A stretch of DNA of 64,000 bases from Octopus sinensis. Taxonomy: Eukaryota. Under the pieces are notes generated by a model that worked only from the letters and a program-made list of their open reading frames with translations, made no database searches and was not told the DNA's origin. The stretch is from NCBI RefSeq assembly GCF_006345805.1, contig NC_043015.1, forward strand, positions 51,212,001 through 51,276,000, in the 5' to 3' direction. This document shows, one piece after another, positions 39,090 to 52,993 of the stretch (position 1 is its first letter; the number at the start of each line of letters is the position of its first letter). The translations under genes and the position numbers were made by a program.

Positions 39090-40270
39090 TATGTATGCTA
39101 TATATATGTATATGTATATGTATATATATATTATATGTATGTATCATATATGATTGTATATGTAGTATATATAGTGTATAGTATATATGTATATGTAAGT
39201 ATGTATAGTATATAGTAGTATATATATATAGTATGTATATATATGTATATATGTATATGTATGTATATATATGTATATGTATGTATATGTTTGTATATAT
39301 ATGTATATGTATGTAATATATGTATATTATGATATAGATATAGTATGTATATATATGCATATATATGTAGTATATATATATGTATATATTATATGCATAT
39401 ATATGTATATATATATGTATATATATATATTATGTTATGTATAATATTGTATATTATATATATATATATGATCGTATATATATATATATGTATATATAAT
39501 ATATACGTTATACTATATATATATATGTACGTATATATATATTATATATATAGTATATGGTATATATATATATGATATATATAGTATATGTATATATAAT
39601 ATGATGTATATATATATACTATATATATATGTATATATATATATAATATATATATATATGTATAATTTATATATAGTGTATATGTGTGTGTATATATATA
39701 TATATGTGTATATGTGTGTGTATATATATATATGTGTATATGTGTGTATATATATCATTTGTATATGTGTGATAATATATATATATGATATATATATATT
39801 CCACATGCCTTCGTCTTGTGTTTATTTCTAAAGCTTCCCGTTATATATGTATATGCTATAATGTATATGTATGATGTATATATATGTATTTGTATATAGT
39901 ATATGTACATATATGGTATTATATTATATGTGTATATGTGTTGTATATATATATATATATGTATACAATATATATGTTATATATATATATGTTATGTATA
40001 TATATGTATTTGTATATGTATATATATGTATATATATATATATGTATATGTATATATATGTATATATATATATATATATATATGTATCTATATCTATCTA
40101 TCTATCTATATATATATATATATATGTGCACACACACGCACATGTATGTATATGTGCACACACACACACACACATATATATGCATGTATATATATATTTG
40201 CACACACATGTGCACACACGTATACATATATGCATGTATATATATATGTGCATACACACATATACGCACA
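38540..40270. repeat. ~1.7-kb degenerate (TA)n/(TG)n tract
   Basis: Seen directly. Similar tracts lie at 2560-2990, 13945-14320, 22095-22610, 23620-24018, 32850-33460, 52290-52610 and 59200-59410. Confidence 0.95.
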
Positions 40271-42529
40271 CAGAAATATTCAGACACACACATACATTAT
40301 ATTATGAGAAAAATGTCTTCTAAGAATTGATGGCAAGTTTATGCAGAAATGTATGGCAGTTTTCTTTTTCTTTTTTCTCGTTTCTTTGTTTTCCTCCTGT
40401 GGGTGGTGGGGGTGGGTTGGGCGGGTTGTTTTTCTTAATTTAGCTATCATTGTTATCCTCAGTGTTTTATTGTCGATGTTGCACATTAAATCAAAACTAA
40501 TGTGTCGTGTCTATTGAACAGTACAGCAATTATGTAAAGTTTCATAGGCCTGGCCTGGGTCTCTCCTATTATTATTAAATAATATGGTATAGCGATAGTC
40601 TCTGTCTCACGTTTCCTGACCAACCAGTCATTTCCATGTTTCCAACCTGACCGAGATGGGAGTGGGGGGTGGGGGCAGGTGTTGTCTTTAAATTTTTATT
40701 ATTTTTTTTTTATTATCATTCTTGACTTCTTTTTTGCTTTGTTCTTTCTTTTCTTTTCTTTTCTTTTTTTTTTCTTTTTTTGTTTTGAGTTTTTGGTTCT
40801 GAGATTGTTATTCCTTATTTCCGTATATTTATATATTCTCATTGACTTGGTGCCAATTTGGTAATAGTCGTGTATTTATGGCATAAAGATTTCGGTTGGA
40901 ACAATGTTCTTATTGTATTGTTACATTGCCATGCTGGCTATGTTTTCAGTAAAAACCACAGCAGCAGCAACAGCAGCAGGTAACATTCATTGGTGATGGT
41001 CACAACAGTGAATCTTTAACAGTAGGCTATTAGGCCACAGTTTCTTTAAACTGTGTAAGAAACTCATTCCTACTCTGTTTAGCCCTGAGCTTGCCCTCAT
41101 CCAGCAGATCTATGATGAAAACTGTTCCATCCATGACTGGTCTGTCTTTTATTCAGACATATTATGCCAGGAAGGACATGTGGCTTAGTGGTCAGGCTGT
41201 TGCACTCGGGATTGTGAGATCATGGTTTCAATTCCTGCACCAGGTGATGCATTCTGTTCTTGAGCAAATCACTGTTTCATGTTGCTCTGCAATCACTTCT
41301 ACACCTAACTTGTGGCACACTGTGCCTCTGTTCAGATACTGTTGATTTGATGGAAGGAGGCGGTTAATGTATGGCACAAGGATTTGATGAGCAAATAATC
41401 TGTGTCGGCTGTTTGATAAGAAATTGCAGAACCCTAATTTCTCATCTGCAACAGGAGATTGCACAAATTATATTTAAAACTATATTATCAGTTATGTCCT
41501 TTTTTTTATTAAGTTTTTGGAGTCTGGGTTGAAGGAGATTTGCTTCTTATTTCTAGCAGATTGAGTGATGATGTAAAGGGCTTCCTTGACTCAAATAGAT
41601 TTTGTAACTGTATGATGTCAGGGTGCAGGAGTGAGTGGAAGAACCGACTTATAGGTAACCAGAAAGGAGTAAACAGGTTTGTGATCTGTCACTGAGTCTG
41701 GGTTGCTGTTTGAGCTAACACAACTAACTCACAGCTGGCCCAGTCTACCTAACTGTAAACAAGTACCACAAAATTTGAATGTTTCAATGCTGGAAACAGT
41801 TGTGGTAAAGTAAAGATGACAAATCGTTTGGAAGCTTCAGTTTCTATCAAATAAATCCACTCACAAGGCTATAGCAAAAAGACACTAGCTCAAGGTACCA
41901 TGCAGTGGGACTGAACCTGGAACCAAGTGGTTGAGAAGCAAGCTTCTTACCATACAGTTACACCTGTTCCTGAAAGTTTTATAAATTCAAGGCATTGATT
42001 GCATGTAAGAGAAGATAATGAAGGTTCTGGATTATTGATTGAAAGATGGAACAATTGGACAAGTCTTTGAGATTTTATGGGAACAAGTATTCTTCAGCAT
42101 GACTAAACAAATGCAGATTAAAGGAGTTCTTTTTATTGTTTTACTTGTTTCAGTCATTTGACCCTGGCCATGCTAGAGCACCACCTTTAATTGTAAGCCT
42201 AGCACTTATTCTATCACTCTCTTTTGCCAAACTGCTAAGTTACAGGGATGTAAACACATCGACATCAGTTGTCAAGCGATGGTGTGGGGGGGAACAAACA
42301 CACAAACACACACACACACACAACGACCTTGAACCCACAAGGCAGAAACAAGGAAAATACCCCTTGTGTTTGAATACCATGCAACTATTTTAAAAAAATA
42401 CTTTTCATTTAATTTTACAAAAATTTAATTGTTTTCCATACTTAGAGTTGAAAATGTCTCAATGACCGAAACTGATACTGAGATGTTTTTTATAAAATTA
42501 TTTTACCATTTTCTACCTTGACTTTTTTT

Positions 42530-42577
<48 letters not shown>

Positions 42578-42729
42578 GATGGGCTTCTTTCAGTTTCCAT
42601 CTGCCAAATCCACTCACAAGGCTTTGTTTGGCACAAGACTATGGTAGAAGACACTTGCTCAAGGTGCTGCACAGTGGGACTGAACCTGGTACCATGTGCA
42701 AAAGCAGAATCACTGCAATAAAACACGTT

Positions 42730-42931
42730 GACTCTTTAGTATTTAAATCGACCATCTCTGACCAGTTTTAATGTTGAAACTGACCAGATTCAGCCTCTAA
42801 CACCTACCCTACAATATAAACGATCTCATCATTGAAATCTTGAAGCTACCCAACAATGCATGATTGATTGAAACCGATTTGAATAAAGAAACAATACTTT
42901 TGACAGAGTGATCTGAATGCCAAAGGGTTAA
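42730..42931 (+). mobile_element. TTAA-type (piggyBac-like) MITE of the second family
   Basis: It ends in CCAAAGGGTTAA and shares CTCTAACACCTACCCTACAAT and TTTGACAGAGT with 9450-9610. Confidence 0.55.
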
Positions 42932-44425
42932 AGAAAGTCGAGGAATTATTCTATTGAAATAAGACGTTAGAAAAGAAGCATTTAATTCCATACCAAGGTG
43001 TTAGTGTTTAATGGGGAAAGGAAATTGAATTAGAAACAGAATCGCATCAGATAGATTCAGAATAATTCTAAGAATACTGATTGCTGGACGTTGTTTGGGA
43101 AAATGTTAATCCCTCTGTTCATTTCAACTAATTAAATGCCTAAAGGCTGGTCTAAATTAAAAGCTTTCATTATCCTTTATTGAAAATAAGATTGAAAATC
43201 GACACATATAAAGACGTATATATACATTCACAAATATGCATAGATATCACGTACGTGCTGTCAGTAATTACTCAGGGTAGGCAGTTGGTGACGTTTATGT
43301 AGTCAAACGCACCCAAAAAATAGGCGAAACACAGGCGCATGACTGATATGAAGGCAGAAGTAATTCTGCCTTTGTAATACATAAAGAGCAGAGGTGCAAT
43401 GGCCCAGTGGTTAGGGCAGCGGACTCGCGGTCGGAGGATTGCGATTTTGATTCCCAGACCGGGCGTTGTGTGTGTTTATTGAGCAAAAACACCTAAAGGT
43501 CCACGAGGCTCTGGCAGGGGGTGCTGGCAACCCCTGTTGTACTCTTTTGCCCCAACTTTCTCTCATTCTTTCTGTTTCTTAGGTAATGCTGCAATGGACT
43601 GGTGTCCCGTCCAGCTGGGGGGAACACATACGCCAGAGAAACCAGGAAACCGGGCCCATGAGCCTGGCTAGGCTGGAAAAGGATGCATAAATAAATAAAA
43701 TACATAAAGAAAACATTGTTGTAGGAATGTATGCAGCGTGTGTACTACAGCTGTACTATGCATAGTTTTAATACAGAAATTGAAAAGCAGGGGTGAATTA
43801 TGCCTAAGTAATCTACAAAAATATAATATTTTGTGTTTTATGCATAGTAATCAGAATAATCTTCATAATTTTATTGAATTAGGTGCATATTTTGTTGTAA
43901 AAGGAAAATGTTAATATTGATCTATTTTACTCAGGGTAGGCACTACCTACCTTGTCTACCCAGGCGGCATGTCCGTGATATTAATATGTCATCATCATCA
44001 TCTTTTAAAGTTTGTTCTCCATGCTGGCATAGGTTCGACAGTTTGATAGGTGTTGGCCAGCTCAAGGGCTGTCCAGGTCCCATTTGTCTGTTTTGCCAGG
44101 GTTTATATGACTAGATGCCCTTCCTAATACTGATCAACTTACAGAGTGTACTGGGTGCTCTCACATGGTGCTGGCACAGTCACCTTTTACGTGATACTGG
44201 CATGGCGCTTTTATGTGGCACCAGCATGGGTACTTTTGCATGGCACCAGCACCTGCAAACCCTGAAGGCTAGGTTCTCTTGGCTGAGAGAGGGATGTAAA
44301 GAACATGCCTGTATGCATAGGCAGCCATGATTTTTCTTAGCTTTACATGTTTTCTCAAGCACAGTTAACCGCCAGAAGTTTTGGTCCCTTTAGACAAGAC
44401 ATAAGACTAATGAAGAAGACTAATA

Positions 44426-44810
44426 GGCGTAGGAGTGGCTGTGTGGTAAGTAGCTTGCTTACCAACCACATGGTTCTGAGTTCAGTCCAACTGTGTGGCA
44501 CCTTGGGCAAGTGTCTTCTACTATAGCCTGGGCCGACCAAAGCCTTGTGAGTGGATTTGGTAGACAGAAAATGAAAGAAGCCTGTCGTATATATGTATAT
44601 ATGTGTGTGTGTGTGTGTGTATGTGTGTTTGTGTGACTGTGTTTGTCCCCCCGACATCACTTGACAACTAATGCGGTTCGGCAAAGGAGACCAATAGAAT
44701 AAGTACTAGGCTTAAAGAATAAGTCCTGGGGTTGATTTGCTCGACTAAAGGCGGTGCTCCAGCATGGTCACAGTCAAATGACTGAAACAAGTAAAAGACT
44801 AAAAAGAGTA
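44426..44810 (+). mobile_element. tRNA-derived SINE family A
   Basis: Near full-length copy with a small internal deletion. Confidence 0.85.
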
Positions 44811-44968
44811 ACTGCTTCTACAACTAGTGAATACAAAAAAGGATGAATAAAAATTGATTTACATAAATTATCATTTATTAATTAATCACAAAATGTCAGC
44901 ATCCCAACTTACAGCTGTTTCTGTTAGCATGATTCTCAGGCTTAACCACCACAATAATGATGATGATG

Positions 44969-45007
<39 letters not shown>

Positions 45008-45039
45008 GTAATAATAATAATGATAATAATAATATTAAT

Positions 45040-45710
45040 AAGCTCTCATGGCTTCTGACATAACTGATTGGAAGTGTTATCATGTACATTGTTTTGTCTT
45101 GGTATAAAAGATGGGCTACAGCAAATATCTGCTCAATACCACAGATTTGCTTGTCAGTTGTTTTGACCATAACCAGTTGAGCATGTCCCTAGTGGCTGAT
45201 GATATGTGCATCTCTGATCACGAGCAGAAGTAGTGGGGAGCATCATAGCCATGTGTGAGAGGGATTCTTTGGGGTTTGAATAATTCACCTCTGGAAACAT
45301 GGGTGGTTCGTTCAACATCCTTAAACAACCCTTATTCGGGGACCTTTTGAGCGGAATGGGCTACTCACCTGAAGAAAATTCTAACTGGGCCCACCTGCAA
45401 GGTCATGTGCTGTTTATCTTGATATTGAGATCACCATGTCGCGCACAATGGTTGTGATGCATGTGCCTGGTGTACTTTTATCAGACGGTTAGTCATGATG
45501 GGTATATTGGGTTTCGTATATTTTACCCCAGTGTCACTTTGATGGCATGCACTGCTCTCTCACTCAATAATAATAATAAAATGCCCTGATGCAGTATCAG
45601 ACTGTGGCCCTCATAGCTTCTGATCTAAACTGATTGGAAGTGTTATCAAGTAAATTGTTTTGTCTTGGTATAAAAGCTGGGCTACAGCAAATATTCTGCT
45701 TAATATCACT
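45040..45710. repeat. Dispersed-repeat-like unit with a ~100-bp direct terminal repeat, embedded in (AAT)n
   Basis: CTCATGGCTTCTGA..AACTGATTGGAAGTGTTATCA..TTGTTTTGTCTTGGTATAAAAG..GGGCTACAGCAAATAT occurs at ~45043-45140 and again at ~45610-45710, each time preceded by (AAT)n. Confidence 0.6.
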
Positions 45711-46008
45711 GTGCTACATTACTATTCTTGCAGCTAAAATTTTGGGTAATTTTAGTTGTACAGATATTCTTGTAGAATAAATAAATAATAAATAAATATC
45801 TGGTGTTGCATAATGTTTTGCATGTGTGTGTGTTTTCTTGTCTTCCCATCATTTGATAGTTGTAAATGAGTGTCACTGTCATAGAAGCAGTGTCGTTCAT
45901 TTCTAGTATTCTGTGAGGACAAGTCTGGGCCATGGAGAAATATTACCTTGCTTGTAAACCAGTGAAGGTTAGTGACAGGAGAGGCATCTTGTCATAGAAG
46001 ATCTCCCT

Positions 46009-46467
46009 TAACTCTTTTGTTGCCATATTTCTGTTGAGATGCTCTGTGTTTCTTCCAATTAATTTTAAATATAACAAAGAATTTAGTAAAATAACTTAGT
46101 TATCATTAAGCTAGTGTTAGAAACATAATTTGTAACTAAGGCTTGGTGGAAGATTTTAATTCAGAACTTTTGAAAACAAGACATTTGTACTACAGAGCCA
46201 GAAGTGGTTTCAACCAGGTTGGTATCGAAAGGGTTAAGAATTGTTTCTCTATTATACATTTTAACCCCTTTGTTACCATATTTCAGTTGAGATGTTCTGT
46301 CAATCAATTTTAGATATAACAAAGAATTTGGTTAAATAACTGAGTTATCATTAAGCTAGTGTTAGGAACATAAATTGTGACTAAGGTTTGGTGGAAGATT
46401 TTAATTCAGAATTTTTGAAAACAAGAGCCAGAGGCGGTTTCAGCCGGGTTGGTATCGAAAGGGTTAA
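46009..46467 (+). mobile_element. Two tandem copies of the same piggyBac-type MITE
   Basis: TTAA occurs at 46009, 46234/46261 and 46464. The body is the same as at 8724-9450. Confidence 0.72.
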
Positions 46468-46531
46468 ATTCCATCTGATCCAGCCAAGCATGGAAAAGTG
46501 GATGTTAAAATGATGAGATATATATATATAT

Positions 46532-46572
<41 letters not shown>

Positions 46573-46989
46573 CATATATATATATATGAGAAAGAGGAAG
46601 AGAATGTGTGTGTGTACATGTGTGTATATATGTGTATTGATTTGACCGTCTGTTAAAACTTAATCAGTTTTGTTTGCATTTGACCTCATCTTTAACAAAC
46701 AGGTTACTTTAAATATTTGCTATTGATTAATATTTGAACAGCATTTCATTTCTACTTTACTAATTAATGATGGTTATTTGAGTGATTAGCCTGGAGAATA
46801 ATAATTATATGTAGAAAAATAATTATAACAAGACAAGGATGTGTTATTGTCTTCATCTTCTCTGCTAAAATTCGTATTCTTTTTCATCTTCACTGTAAAT
46901 TTACTAAGAAAATGATGACATGTCATATGTTGTGTTTATTAGAAATTATGATCAAATCAGTTTAAATGCATATTGTTTGTGATACCCTT

Positions 46990-47396
46990 TACCCTTTTAC
47001 TGGTTTCAGTCATTTGACTGCGGCCATGCTGGAGCACCGCCTTTAGTCGAGCAAATCGACTCCAGGACTTATTCTTTGTAAGCCTAGTACTTGTTCTAGC
47101 GGTCTGTTTTGCCGAACCGCTAAGTTACGGGGACGTAAACATACCACCATCTGTTGTCAAGCGATGTTGGTGGGGAAAAGCACAGACATACAAACATACA
47201 CATACACACACACATATATATATATATCTACATATATACGATGAGCTTCTTTCAGTTTCCGTCTACCAAATCCACTCACGAGGCTTTGGTCGGCCCGAGG
47301 CTATAGTAGAAGACACTTGCCCAAGATGCCATGCAGTGGGACTGAACCTGGAACCATGTGGTTTGTAAGCAAGCTACTTACCACACAGCCACTCCT
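46990..47396 (-). mobile_element. tRNA-derived SINE family A
   Basis: Full-length copy in reverse orientation. Confidence 0.85.
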
Positions 47397-47579
47397 GGTG
47401 ATGATAATTTTGATGATGATGATTATGATGATGATAGTGATGATGACGATGATGGTGATGCTGATGATAATGATGGTGGTGTTGGTGGTGATGATGATGA
47501 TGATGGTTGTGGGGGTGATGATGATGAAGCTGTTGATGATGACGATGATGATGATAATGATGATGTTAAACTACAAAAC

Positions 47580-47830
47580 TGCAAGAAAGTAGATGGGAGA
47601 TGTTACTGATACAGGAGGAGAGAAAAAAATTGAAACAAACAGGTTGCCTGACTAGCTGCTGTCAGTTTGTATCAGTCACCGTCAAGATGTTAAATATTCT
47701 GGGTCCCCATACTATTGACTTCCTCTGGGAAATAGGGTCAATGACAGCCTGTCAAGGAAATGAGCCCCGCGAAGTAAAGTGGCTGCTACAGCAAACAGCA
47801 CTGGCCCTTCTCTAGGGCAATGCCATTGTG
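47580..47830 (+). mobile_element. CRE-like restriction-like endonuclease fragment of a non-LTR retrotransposon
   Basis: It translates to EERKKLK..FVSVTVKMLNILGPHTIDFLWEIG..EPREVKWLLQQTALALL*GNA, resembling the CRE C-terminal pattern F.P.A.ET.G..G......QRGNA. Confidence 0.6.
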
Positions 47831-48248
47831 GTCGACCACAGGGTATGGCTGAGCTCACCATTTGTTCTAGGGTATGTGGCCTATCGACCCCTCCTACTCT
47901 ATCTACTGATTTACCCCCTCCTTTGTTTTTCCTTTTCTTTCTTATCTCTCTCTTTTCCTCTTTCTTTGTCTTCAAATGTCTACACTCACAGAGTGGTTGG
48001 CGTTAGGAAGGGCATCCAGCTGTAGAAACACTGCCAGATCAGACCGGCGCCTGGTGCAGCCTCCTGGTTTCTCAGGCCCCGGACGAACTGTCCAACCCAT
48101 GCTAGCATGGAAACCAGACGTTAAACAAATGATGATGATGATGATGATCTAATACACCAGTTTATATCAACGCCACCTGGCGCTTATTTTCTTTGATAAT
48201 TCTGTCAGTGGTCGTTGACTTCTGAAACATAATTCTTCCCTTTTACAG

Positions 48249-48396
48249 GCTCAATGGTTCAGTCACTATCATGGAACGACTCTTGCAACATGCTGGCTAC
48301 TCTCTCAGACGACCGTTTTCTCATATACTACTACCCTAATGCCATCTATGTTGACAAAGATCTCCTGCCAGAAGTCATCGAAGAGAAGGACACCAG
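48249..48396 (+). CDS. IFT80: Next internal coding exon of IFT80
   Basis: Acceptor ttcttcccttttacAG at 48247-48248 and donor AG|GTAATT at 48397. The exon is 148 nt and its phase-1 entry completes Gly from the 12899-13034 exon. It translates to (G)SMVQSLSWNDSCNMLATLSDDRFLIYYYPNAIYVDKDLLPEVIEEKDT(S), collinear with IFT80 [50 protein letters not shown]. It is absent from the ORF track because it is short. Confidence 0.93.
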
Positions 48397-48863
48397 GTAA
48401 TTTTGCAAGTTCTTATACTTTTCTTTTTTTTTTTATTTCTCTATTGGCAAGAAATCTTGAAATAAACTGAATAATGACATACATACATACATAGGTATGT
48501 ACATACATACATGTTTATACATACATATGTACATACATGCATACGCACATACAAGATTCTGAGTTTGATTCCAGGCAGTGACCCGAATAATAATAATAAT
48601 AATAATAATAACAACAGCATCGAAAAATACCTTAGGAATGAGAACCCCAGGTTCGAAATTTCTCCAAGACACCTGATGAAGGCTGGAGGGTATATCAGCT
48701 GAAACGTGTTAACAACAAACAAGATGAGGACAAATATTTGTGAAATGTGAATAAGGCAAATAAGGAGATTAGATACTATGTTACCAAATTAGCTATCATA
48801 GAACAGACATTATAGTTATATATATAAATATATTATTATATACATAGATATATACATACATAC

Positions 48864-48899
<36 letters not shown>

Positions 48900-48993
48900 T
48901 ATATTATATATATATAATACCTACATACATACATTATATATATTATATATATATATATATTATATTATACATACATACATTATATATATATAC

Positions 48994-49041
<48 letters not shown>

Positions 49042-51183
49042 ATTTATATAACATAAAGAAAGAGGCTAGATTGCAACATAAAACCAAAAAGGAAAATTCA
49101 ATTCTTAATAACAGTGGCTGAGGGTGTAGGGTAGCACCTATATTGCTAGAAATAACAGTCAAAGACCTTTATAGACCCTTATATATATATATATATATAT
49201 ATGACAAGCTTCCTCACAGTTTCCATCTACTGAAGTTACTCACAAGGCATTGGTCAACATAGGGCTATAATAGAAGACACTTTCTCAAGGTACCATGCAG
49301 TGGGATTGAACATATATATATGTAATATATATATATCAAAATAAATATCAAATGGAAATTGTAATTGTGATACCTGTGCTGGTGGCACGTAAAAAGCACC
49401 ATCCAAACGTGGCCGATGCCAGCGCCACCTTGACTGGTTTCTGTGCCGGTGGCACGTAAAAAGCACCAACTGATCGCGGCCGCTACCAGCCTCCCCTGGC
49501 ACCTGTGCCGGCGGCACATAAAAAGCACCTACTACACTCACAGAGTGGTTGGCGTTAGGAAGGGCATCCAGCTGTAGAAACACTGCCAGATCAGACTGGA
49601 CCTGGTGCAGCCTCCTGGCTTCCCAGACCCCGGTCGAACCGTCCAACCCGTGCTAGCACCAAAAACGGACGTTAAACGATGATGAGGATGATGATGACTT
49701 ACTTCCTTACAGTTTCCATCTGCTAAATTTACCTACAAGGCATTGGTCATTATGGAGCTATAGTAGAAGACACTTGCTCAAGGTGTTAAAGTGCCATGTA
49801 GCGGGATTGGACCTGAGGTTGTAAAGCAAGCTTCTTAATCCTGCAGTCATGCCGGCGCCTGGGGTCTAATGGTTGAATGAAATATTTGGGGATGTTGCAA
49901 AGTGTCTGAGAATCATTCTTTATGACATGTCGTACCTGCAAACTCTAAAAGAATTGGTAATGTATGGTATGAGAAAGTTTGATAATAATTTAATAAGATG
50001 ACACAAGATAATTCCTGCAGATGTGTTTATGGAACATTCGAATTTGGAGAGAGCTAGCAATTTCTGTTAATGTATTTGGTCTGTGATGCTAACGAGTTAC
50101 GAGTCTATCAGCTGTAATTTAAAGCAACAATTAATACATTTGTGGAGATTGTAATGTTTGGTGAATAATGGTGATGATTAAGAAAGATAGCACCTAGTGA
50201 GACCTGATTCCATTGGTCTGTTTTAGAAATATACACATCAACTTCAAAATGGTAAATTCTATACGCTTGTCTGTAGAAGATTCAATAGATTCTTGAGGCT
50301 AATGCTGTTTAAACTGGCCATATCAGACTGAAATGTTCTTCTTTTCTTGTTCTAACTGATCAGATTCAGCCTCTCATGTTTACTCTACAATGTTATTCAA
50401 AAAATGAATTAGTTACATCATGGAAATTTTGTAGCTACACTCACGGAGTGGTTGGTGTTAGGAAGGGCATCCAGCCGTAGAAACACTGCCAAATCTGACT
50501 GGGCCTGATGAAGCCTTCCGGCTTCACAGACCCCAGTTAAACCGTCCAACCCATGCTAGCATGGAAAACGGACGCTAAATGATGAAGACAATACCTGATT
50601 AATTCAAAACAATGTAGACAAGAGCACTCAGAGAGTGCAAACCTCCGCCAAGGCAACACCAATGTCCTCTCAATGATTAGCCAGAGACGATTTTTAAAAT
50701 GAGAATATCTGAAATAAACTCGACTGCTCTCACAAACGAGAATACTAAAAATGAACCCGACTGCTCTCAAAAATTAAGTAAAAAAACAAAAAAACACAGG
50801 AAAAATAACCCTAACGCTAACCCCAGTATGCAACTGGTACTTAATTTAGTGACCCCGAAAGGATGAAAAGCAAAGTCAACCTTGGCAGAATTTGAAATCA
50901 GAACATAAAGACTGATGAAATACTGCTAAGCATTTCACCTGGCATGCTAATGTTTCTGCCAGCTGTCTGCCTTAAAAATATTGTTATATTGAAACATATG
51001 TAGAATATCTTTTTGGATATTTTGGGGTTGTTCTGTTGATGCGGTTCCTTTTATACTTGTTCTTATAGGTATATCTTTTAATCTTTTAATTTGCATTACT
51101 TTTTCATTGTGATACAAATAAAATGAACCAAGCATCTTTTTTAATTTTTCTTCTCTATTTTCTTTTATTGACTTTTTAATCTC

Positions 51184-51214
<31 letters not shown>

Positions 51215-51559
51215 CGTATATTGAAACATATGCAGAATATGTGGGCTTCCACATAGTTTCCGTCTACCAAAATCATTCACTAGGCATTGGTCAGCCTGGA
51301 GCTGCAATGGAAGATACTTGGTCAGGATACTGCACAGTGGGACTGAACCTGAAACTATGTGGTTGCAAAATGAGTTTATTGACCATGCAGCAATGCCACT
51401 GTCTACCAGTGCATGCATGCAAAAAATTGTATGCACACATACATACACACTCACACTCATGCATACATACATACATGCATGCATGCAGACAGACATATAC
51501 ACACATACACACATACATACATGCATGCATGCATACATACATGCATACACACACACACA

Positions 51560-52110
51560 GTTGACCGAAAATGTCATCACAGGATTATCTGCTGATGAGA
51601 CATGACATTGTAGGTAGGACACTCTATAATGAAATCTGTCGGTGGGATAATCCCAAGGACAAGGAATTAAAATCTCACAATATGGTAAAAGCCATACCCG
51701 CTCATAATAAAAAGTAAATACTGGTGGAACGTTACCAGTGAAGATCTCAATAAAATGTAAGCAAAACAGACCTGATATAATGATTTGGAATAGAGACGAG
51801 AAACTGTGCACAGTTGTGGAAATTAGCTGTCTATCGGATGTTAACATAAAGCTGAAGATCAGTGAAAAAGAGAACATCTATGCTGAACTATTGAGAAATC
51901 TGCAGGTACTCTATCCAGATTACAAGTTCAAGTTTATACCTGTAATTATCGAGGCCCTGGGATATGTAACACTCTGCCTAAATACCAATCTTGAGAAATT
52001 AGGCTTCTCAAAACCAGAAAGGAGAAAGGTAATTCAAAGACTACAGATCCAATTCATCACTGGAACTGTAAAAATCTGTAAAGCTTGCCAGACGTTTACC
52101 ATTTAAATAT
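51560..52110 (+). mobile_element. R4/Dong-like non-LTR retrotransposon 3' fragment (RHD motif and restriction-like endonuclease)
   Basis: YLLMRHDIVGRTLYNEICR starts at ~51586. ORF 51738-52106 then gives RPDIMIW..TVVEISC..DVNIKLKISEKENIY, a PD-(D/E)xK nuclease signature. Confidence 0.85.
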
Positions 52111-52904
52111 GTTTGAGCATATCTAGATATGCAACTATATGCATGAGAATACAAATCTGCACATATACATACATACATGCATGCAGACATACATACAAAC
52201 AAAAATACACTGTTGATGAAGGAACCTTGGATCTAGGTTAGAAACCAGTTCTTTCTCTATTGGCAAGAAATCTTGAAATTAACTGTAAAATGGCATACAT
52301 ACACACATGCATGCATACATACATACACACATACATACACACATACGCATACACACATATATGCACACATACATACATACATGCACATACATGCATACAT
52401 ACTCACATGCATACATACATATATACATACAATAACCCCCACACACACACATAATACATACATATACACATATGTATGTATGTACATACACATATACATA
52501 CACACACATGCATGCATACATACATACATACATACACATACATACATATGCACATACATACATATATACATGCATGCATACATACATATACACATACATA
52601 CAAAACTGTATCTCAGTGTATACTTCTTTTGTTTGCAAATATTTTATTTTCTAAAGTATGAAGCCACACCCACACACCCACACACCCACCCAAGTAAGTT
52701 AGACAGACACAGGAAGTCATGATTTAATGTTCGCTGAGAGACATACATAATTTCATATACCAGCAGAACACACACACACACACATATGATAGTATGTTTA
52801 TTTGTGCCACTGTGAGGTGTATTTGTGTGTGTGTGTTTTTGTGTGTATATCATTTTCAAATTTGTATATATATAGATTTATATAGATATATCTATCTATC
52901 TATC

Positions 52905-52993
<89 letters not shown>

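Larger units (their letters stand above)
13035..48248 (+). other. IFT80: ~35.2-kb GT-AG phase-1 intron of IFT80
   Basis: The two exons join in frame with no missing residues relative to the recalled IFT80 protein. Flanking IFT80 exons were not found elsewhere in the window, so 1-12898 and 48397-64000 are probably also intronic. Confidence 0.85.

Noticed and set aside
51591-51650. CTGATGA...GAAA motif
   Set aside because: It lies in the coding frame of the R4-like element (LLMRHD..YNEI), and stems I and II do not close.
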